DNA from: Felis catus
Taxonomy: Eukaryota
Length of the DNA: 64,000 nt
Reading direction: 5' to 3'
Assembly (NCBI RefSeq): GCF_018350175.1
Contig: NC_058373.1
Location: forward strand, 59,644,001 to 59,708,000
Shown here: piece after piece, positions 36,449 to 64,000 of the stretch
How positions within the stretch are numbered: position 1 is the first letter of the stretch
Layout of the letters: each line of letters starts with the position of its first letter
Program-made: the position numbers and the translations under genes
Notes under the pieces: generated by a model
Told to the model about the DNA's origin: nothing
What the model saw: only the letters and a program-made list of their open reading frames with translations
The model's database searches: none

Positions 36449-36797
36449 CAGTTGAGCCTTGAACACCACGGGTTTGAACTGTGCAGATGCACCTACACAC
36501 AGTTATTTACTTATTTTTTTTTNNNNNNNNNNNNNNNNNNNNNNNNNNNNNNNNNNNNNNNNNNNNNNNNNNNNNNNNNNNNNNNNNNNNNNNNNNNNNN
36601 NNNNNNNNNNNNNNNNNNNNNNNNNNNNNNNNNNNNNNNNNNNNNNNNNNNNNNNGATGGCTTATGTTGTTGGTAAGGTTTCTAGTTAACAAAGGCTCTT
36701 AGTTAATTTTGGGGTAGCTAAGATTTTTGACTGTGCAGTGGAGGTTGGGGGTGGAGGGTGGTGCCCCTAATCACCTGCATTGTTCAAGGGTCAACTG
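36449..36797 (+). mobile_element. Tigger2a-like non-autonomous TcMar transposon
   Basis: TIRs CAGTTGAGCCTTGAACA / TGTTCAAGGGTCAACTG, followed by TA. Confidence 0.85.
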
Positions 36798-37494
36798 TAT
36801 AAGCAGTAACCTGCTTATATCAGATAGATTGATATATTAGCTATAAACCCTAAACACTTTACCCTTAGTTGGCACATACTCTGAAGCTTTGGTGGCAACA
36901 GGATTGCTTAACCAACTGCTTGCTCCATCATCATATGTACTGCCAAGAATTTCCTAGCCTGGGTTGAGGGAGTACTCATTGTTTCCCTCTCTGTTTGAGT
37001 CTACTAGTTTCAAACTTGTTCTAAAGATCTTTCACTCAAGACACTACTTCTTGGTAAAAATTTCTGTATTAATTAGGACTCTTTAGTTTCAAATAAATAA
37101 TTCACATTGAGCTAAATAACTCAATACTAAAGGACTCTTTAGTTTCAAATAAATAACTCGTATTGAGTCTAATAACAATAGTAGTAATATTTAGTGAAAG
37201 TTTATTTTGTAGCAGTGCCTGGCACATGATAGGTACTTACCCTGTTGGATGAATGCCACACTGTGCTAAGTACTTTAAGTGCATTATCTAATTTAATCCT
37301 CAAAATAACTCTATACTAGTATTTCTCCTTTTTATAAAAAAGAACATTGTGACACAAAATGGTTTAGAAACTGCCCAAGATGCCCAGCTAGTAAGCATTG
37401 GAGCCAGGATTTGAACCCAAGCCATCTCATTTTTTTTTTTTTTTTGTACACTATTAGCCAAAAAGGATAATTTATTATAAGAGGGTTGTTACAG

Positions 37495-37722
37495 GGGCGC
37501 CTGGGTGGCGCAGTCGGTTAAGCGTCCGACTTCAGCCAGGTCACGATCTTGCGGTCCGTGAGTTCGAGCCCCACGTCAGGCTCTGGGCTGATGGCTCAGA
37601 GCCTGGAGCCTGTTTCCGTTTCTGTGTCTCCCTCTCTCTCTGCCCCTCGCCCGTTCATGCTCTGTCTCTCTCTCTGTCCCAAAAATAAAATAAAAAACGT
37701 TGAAAAAAAATTAAAAAAAAAA
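37495..37722 (+). mobile_element. Young felid Can-SINE (SINEC_Fc-type)
   Basis: Near-identical to the 888 and 29220 copies; 18-nt TSD ATAAGAGGG(T/C)TGTTACAG with one mismatch. Confidence 0.95.
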
Positions 37723-39185
37723 ATAAGAGGGCTGTTACAGAACCAAGGGAAGAAATTCAAATGGATTGCAGGATGGGCTGGAACAAGGAGATAGAAAACT
37801 ATTGGGAATACAGGCCATACTCTTTCTTTGATTCTCCTCTCTGCTTTTCAGACTAGATGTGGTAACTGTGATAGGCAAAGGGAAAATATTGGCAAAGGGA
37901 TGCAGTAGATCATTTCACTGATCCCAACTTCTGATTTGCCTTGGAAAATCCTAGCAGTGTCCTCAACTTTGGTGGCCTGGCCAAGTCATTCCATTTTGGG
38001 GGACCTCTATTTCCTCATTTATAAAATGAGAAGTTTCTTTACCACAGGATTCCTCAGGTCTCTTCCAGTTCTAAAATTCTATGATCCTAAGTGAACTTTC
38101 TGGGACAGAAGCTCATTAATAATAGATTTGAATGTGTGGGTTTGAGGGGATAGAATAGAGGAGGATTTTAAGGAAAGAGGGACAGAATAATAGTTTGAGT
38201 GGAGTCAGTGTTGAATTACTATTTAGAGCTGGTGTCAGGTAAAGGCCTTTGGGGATATATAAATGGAGGACAGAAAATACTTCTCACCTTGACCAGACCA
38301 GAGTATTTTTTATGGGATCTCTCTGATCTGTGAGCAGTACTCCCTTTCTCTCTTTATATATGCATGAATACATGCACATGTGGGCATGCGTGTGTGTGTC
38401 CATGTGGGAAGTAGCCCCCTTGCACAGTGATTTAATCTGGCTTATCTCTTTTCTCAGCTCAGAATTTTCTACAGAGCATTCACCTAGGCCACAGGAAGAG
38501 GACCACAGGGCAAACACAAATATTTGAATGGCCCAATGAGCAAGTTGTTCATCCATAAAATGAGAGGTTTGGTCTCTGTAACCTCTGAAGTCCTCTCCCA
38601 TTCTTAGCATTTTGTGGTTCTAGGTACTGAGTCAAAAGTGGCTCTCCTCTTCCTGAATGCTCTGTCATTGGACCAGACATTTGTCTTCGTTTCTCTTCTC
38701 TGTTCATACCTGGCTGCTCAGTTCCTTTCTCTGGGCCCCCTTTGTTCCTTGATTCCTTCAAATCCTACTTGCTTTTAACTCCTTTGTACCCTCTATACTT
38801 TCTTACATTTTTCTGCAGCCCCCCTCCCTACCACATTATACCCTGGTCTCCAGGTCTCCACCTCTATTTCTGCCCACTGCTATCTGCATCCTGGCTCTTA
38901 ACTGAAGTTATTTCCCTGGGCTCCTCCGAGCCCCCCCCCCCACCCCGGGATCCCCTATCACTGGTCCCTCTCACAGAAGCACACCTTTCTCCAAAGCCAA
39001 AGGATCAGGTATTCAGTGGCTCAGGTGACAAACCTGCTGTCAGGTTACAGATATTGTTCCCTGAAAGACCACACTACAGTGTCAGTGGCAACTCAGGCTG
39101 CCTGCAGTGCTCTGCCCTCACCTGGCTATTGCATACAAGGTGAGAATAACCAGAATTCACCTCTTACCAGTGCTCACCTGGAAAC

Positions 39186-55054
<15,869 letters not shown>

Positions 55055-55100
55055 ACCTGTCTCCACAGTTAAAGAGAAAGATTGTTGGGAAAGAAACTTT

Positions 55101-55106
55101 AATAAA
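55101..55106 (+). terminator. STRC polyadenylation signal AATAAA
   Basis: AATAAA 47 nt after the TGA. Confidence 0.8.
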
Positions 55107-55333
55107 GTGCAAATGGAAATGCATTCTAATTATCCTCAGGAAGCCGGTGAGGAATATGGGTAAAATGCTAATGCTTTCCACCCACCTGAGAATCAGTGTT
55201 CCTGGCATGCCATATCTGGAGTCTTCTTTCCATCATAAATAACCCCACTGCTTCTTTTCCTTTCCTGAAAGCTAGTCCCTCCTCATCCCAACCATTAGAA
55301 ATAACACAGACAGCTAGAGCATAGCAAGGAGTC

Positions 55334-55339
55334 TTTACT
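55334..55339 (-). terminator. Probable CKMT1 polyadenylation signal (variant AGTAAA)
   Basis: AGTAAA about 105 nt after the stop; no minus-strand AATAAA between the CKMT1 stop and the STRC end. Confidence 0.55.
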
Positions 55340-55442
55340 AGGACAGAAGGGAGTTGGAGGGGCATCCAGGGCAAGTAGAATGGGCCACATTAGAATGGGC
55401 AGAAGTCCTGGGGATCTTGAGTCATCTCCTGAGGATGGGGAA

Positions 55443-60261
<4,819 letters not shown>

Positions 60262-60651
60262 GGCTTGAGGGTCCGGCTGTGGAATCCCGGGGTGGGAGCT
60301 GGAGCAGGGCAGGAACAGGGAGGGAGGATGCAACCAGAAGGACTGAGGACTGGAACTGGGTGCGAGGCTGGAGCCGAAATGGGGGCCGGATTGGAAGCTG
60401 GAGCAGGAGAGGAAGACGGTAGCAACCAGACTGCAGGAGAGGCGCAATGAGGTAGCGGCTGGCTGGCGGAGGAGGGAGGTCCCAGCCGCAGTCTCCAGGG
60501 GTGGGGCTCACGCAGGCCCCGCCTTTCCGCCTGCCACCGCGCTAGGTATGCGGGGGCAGAGGTGGGAAGCACCGCCAGGTAGATTAGGGGACCCGAGCTT
60601 CGCAACCTTTGGCCGGGGATGCCGGCCCACCTGGGTTGAGGTCGCCCAGAT

Positions 60652-60677
60652 TTCAGCACCACGTAGAGGACAGCACC
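60652..60677 (+). promoter_or_regulatory. Non-canonical (7-nt spacer) RE1/NRSE-like REST site
   Basis: TTCAGCACC-acgtaga-GGACAGCACC: both RE1 half-sites in the correct order and orientation. Confidence 0.6.
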
Positions 60678-63281
60678 CGACGGGCAGGACCCGCAAAGCC
60701 TAATACCCTTCCCCCAAGCCTCTCGGTTTAATCGGAAACCCGATTCGTCACTCTGTGTGGGTGTGAAAGGGTGACATTGCCCAACCTCTCTAGTTTTCGG
60801 CCTTCCCCAGCAACCTCTCCATATTCCCAGGGGAGGCGGCAGCGGGAGAAACCGTGGCATAAATACAGATAACAGAGAAAGAAATGGAGAAATCACACAG
60901 AGGCATACACTGGAAAAGACACCCGGTGGCTCAAGGTCACCTTTGCTTTAGAACCAGGAAGAGGACCAAGGTGCCCTCCGGCCACACCTGTGCTATTCTT
61001 ACAAGGTTGTGGAAGGACTCCCTGAGACCAACCAGGGGAACATTAACTCTTATCCCATTTATGCTGTGTTCCCTGCTCCCGATCCGCTCCCACATAGCCC
61101 TGCTATGTCCTGCCCCCGCTTCTCATGATCCCCAACTTTTTTCACCTCCACCCTCCTCCCCATTTTCTACTTCACCTTTGATCTTTTACTTCCTCGTGTT
61201 TTATCCAGGTTCAGGACTCTTTTCTGCTCACAGGACTCCCTCTGAGTATTCTCTGCAAGCTTGCCCACCTGTTGGTTGTACTGGGTGTAGACCTGGGACT
61301 GGGCAGGGAATTGTTAGTTTCCTCTTCCTCCTCTCCCTTCTCTCCCCTCTTTGTAGTTTCCAGTTCCTGGGCTGGAGGGGAGTGTAAGGTGAGGTAAAGG
61401 GTGTGGTAAGATGACGGTGGGTAGGAACAGAACAGGCAGGCACAGGTTTCCAACCACCACAAGTGTTTCCTCTCTTGGCTCCCTAATGCTGTTTATTCCA
61501 GAGTGTAAAGGGGAGTGGTGTTCAAGGCCAGGGAATCTGTACATTCCTACTGGTCTTCTGTCCTTTATCCTCCCAAGATATGTATTCAGATTTGAGAGGG
61601 TGTGTTCCCACAGCTCAAAGTGTGACTTAGGTGTGACTTGACCTTTGTCCTGGCAGTAAAGAGAATGAATGCTAGAGCCAAAATAGAGATGCAGGGGCTT
61701 CATATGGAAAGTCATTTAAGCTTGGGTACACATGGTGGTGTTAGTCCCTTCTCTGAGCCATCTTGGTGATAGTAAGATACTTGGAAATCTTATCTGAGAA
61801 AGAGAAATTCCCTTCATATTGTCCTCCGGCCCCACTGATGAGATACCATTCTACTCCTATACTCTCGTTCCCTTCATTACTCTCAGGCTTCCTTTGTGTT
61901 CCTTTTCCTCCCTTCTTCATTTGTATCCTTAGAAGCTATCCACCTCTCTTCTGTGTCCATCACTTAATTCCTTCTTCTGGCAAGAGAGCAATGATCAGAG
62001 AATTGATAGAATTCTGTACTTAGAGTCACTTTTGGAGAGATGGAAAATGTTACCTGTGTTGTGGGGGCTCATTGTCTAGGTTAAGGAGTAGTTATGAATA
62101 AGCAAATATAATTACTTGCAATGGTGTATATTTACCCAGATAAAGAAGGGAGATAATCTTCCAACGAAGGAGAGTTGTTATTTGATTGAGAGGGTGGTTA
62201 CTAAGATTAAAGAGGTAGGGAACAAGAAGAGAGAATTAGAGAAGGAAAAATAAGACAGCCTGAGAAATCACTCAAGTTTGGAGACTAGTTGTCCAAATTT
62301 GAGTAATAGCTCCTCGGAGAAAAGATGTGTATTTGTGTACTTTTCTTGTTCCCTGTGAGTCACTGACAGCCACATAATGTATTAATGCTCATTTTATAAA
62401 ATTATCCTATGGCATACAGGAAGTAATTGATATGTATATGTATTTTATTTATTTAATGATAATAATAACCAAGACTAACATTTATAAAGCACTTTATAAT
62501 TATAAGAAACTCTTGTATGTGTTATTTCATTTAATTGGATTGTTCCAATGGTTGACCAGGGACTGAGTCTACATTTTTCTGGGGGGCGTGAAGATAAGTT
62601 AATTACCTAGATGATGTTTTAATAACTTGTTTGAAGGGCTGGAGTGGTGGAGAGGACATGAGCCTGAGCACGAACTAGGGAAGTATCTATTTCCCTTAGG
62701 GACAACCCTTAGAATCATCCCTATCTCATTCAGGGTTAGTATAATGAGGCACCTGACTGAAAAAAATGGTAAGCTCCTTAAGGTTGCAGAGAAGAAACAG
62801 GGCAATTGGGATTGTCTTGACTAGGGAAACCTAAGTAAGGATGAAAAGATAATAATAAAAATGGAAACATATACAAAATGCTTTCATATAACCAGTACCA
62901 TATGATTAGATTTTTAAAACACTCTCTTACAGATGAGGGAATGGAGGCTGAGGGAAGTTCAGTGACTTGCCCAAAGCTGCACAGCTATGAAAGGTAAGAC
63001 CAGGACTCAAATCCAGGTTTGTCTGGTTCCAAGGCTGGAGGGGTAAAGAACAAACCAGTGTGGATATGGGAATCATATTGCCCAGTGTTCCATGTACATC
63101 CATTTTCTTGTCTTCTCCATAAAAAAGTCTTTGTTCTTTCCCTTAACTTTCTGATTTGTTTCTCTCTGTCTCTTTTTGTCTCCAGTCTACCTATCACTCC
63201 TCTACATCTGTTAACATTTCAACCAACATTTATTGGTTCTCTAAGTATATCATACCTCTTATGTTTTAAAAATCAAACAGA

Positions 63282-63515
63282 GGGGCGCCTGAGTGGCTCA
63301 GGGTGTTAAGCATCCGACTTTGGCTCAGGTCATGATCTCCCCTGTTCCTGGGTTCAAGCCTTGCGTTGGGCTCTGTGCCGACAGCTCAAAGCCTGGAGCC
63401 TGCTTCACATTCCGTGTCTACCTCTCTCTCTCTCTGCCCCCCCCCTCCCCCGCTCGCACTCTGTCTCTATCTCTCACAAAAATAAACATTAAGAAAATTT
63501 TAAAAATAAAAAAAT
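63282..63515 (+). mobile_element. Can-SINE
   Basis: 14-nt TSD AAAAATCAAACAGA. Confidence 0.94.
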
Positions 63516-63599
63516 AAAAATCAAACAGAAAACCTGGTTTGTCTCAGGACGTGCAATGGCACAAATTGTGCCTCTTTTCTGCATCTTGCTTCCTCTCTG

Positions 63600-64000
63600 C
63601 TCTTCGTCTCAGTGGAAAGTCTCTGTCTAGACCAAGCCTCTGGGCTGTGGCGACACAGAAATCAGAGGAAGGCGAGCATCAGGTTGCATTCCCTCCCCAC
63701 AGCCACTAGGGGCCACCCTCCTCCACGCAGAAGTGCGGGCCAACGCAGCCTGACTTTGTTGCCGGTGCGCGCCTTCCGCTGATTGGTGACACCGCAGGGA
63801 AGCCGCGCTTTGATTGGGCTGCTGTCAGGTGTCGCTGCCGGCAGGTTCGGCTGCGCGAGCGCAGGGAGGCGGGTGAGCGAGGGCCGGGGGCGGTGGGGGA
63901 GTGGCTGGGGGCTGGGGGCGGTATCTGAGGGGGTGGGCTGAATAGAGTGGGCTTGCTAGGTGCTGAGGGCCATGGTTAGTACTGGCTGGGGGCGGCTTCG
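63600..64000 (+). promoter_or_regulatory. PPIP5K1: CpG island with two inverted CCAAT boxes and a probable non-coding first exon ending at 63872 (donor GTGAGC); likely PPIP5K1 promoter
   Basis: CpG-dense; ATTGG at 63782 and 63813; GC boxes. Gene identity comes only from conserved synteny (PPIP5K1 lies head-to-head with CKMT1); no coding sequence is in the window. Confidence 0.55.

Noticed and set aside
63558-63572. Palindrome GGCACAA-A-TTGTGCC
   Set aside because: A 7-bp arm is expected by chance in 64 kb, and the spacing does not fit the NFI consensus.

Overview
Mammalian genomic DNA from a felid. About 36 Can-SINE copies are present, including young SINEC_Fc-type elements, plus carnivore L1 fragments. 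The window is the orthologue of human 15q15.3 and holds four protein-coding genes that I reconstructed exon by exon from splice signals and recalled orthologue proteins: the 5' end of PDIA3 (minus, exons 1-2), complete CATSPER2 (plus, 12 coding exons, 540 aa), complete STRC (plus, 29 exons, 1766 aa, with two N-gaps inside exon 4) and CKMT1 (minus, 9 coding exons, exon 2 hidden in an N-gap). It ends in a CpG island that is, by synteny, probably the PPIP5K1 promoter. Only one intact copy of each gene is seen, which is the unduplicated arrangement. The 21.7-38 kb intergenic block is almost entirely nested TEs. The most interesting signals are a textbook U12 (minor-spliceosome) intron in CATSPER2, a second U12-like branch site that could allow in-frame skipping of the S1 exon, an ERSE in the shared PDIA3/CATSPER2 promoter, a spacer-expanded RE1/NRSE upstream of CKMT1, an expanded CATSPER2 poly-Ser tract and a sharp SINE-density boundary at about 38 kb. 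I found no evidence of a wholly new gene or system. Comparisons with human sequence are from memory and need database confirmation.
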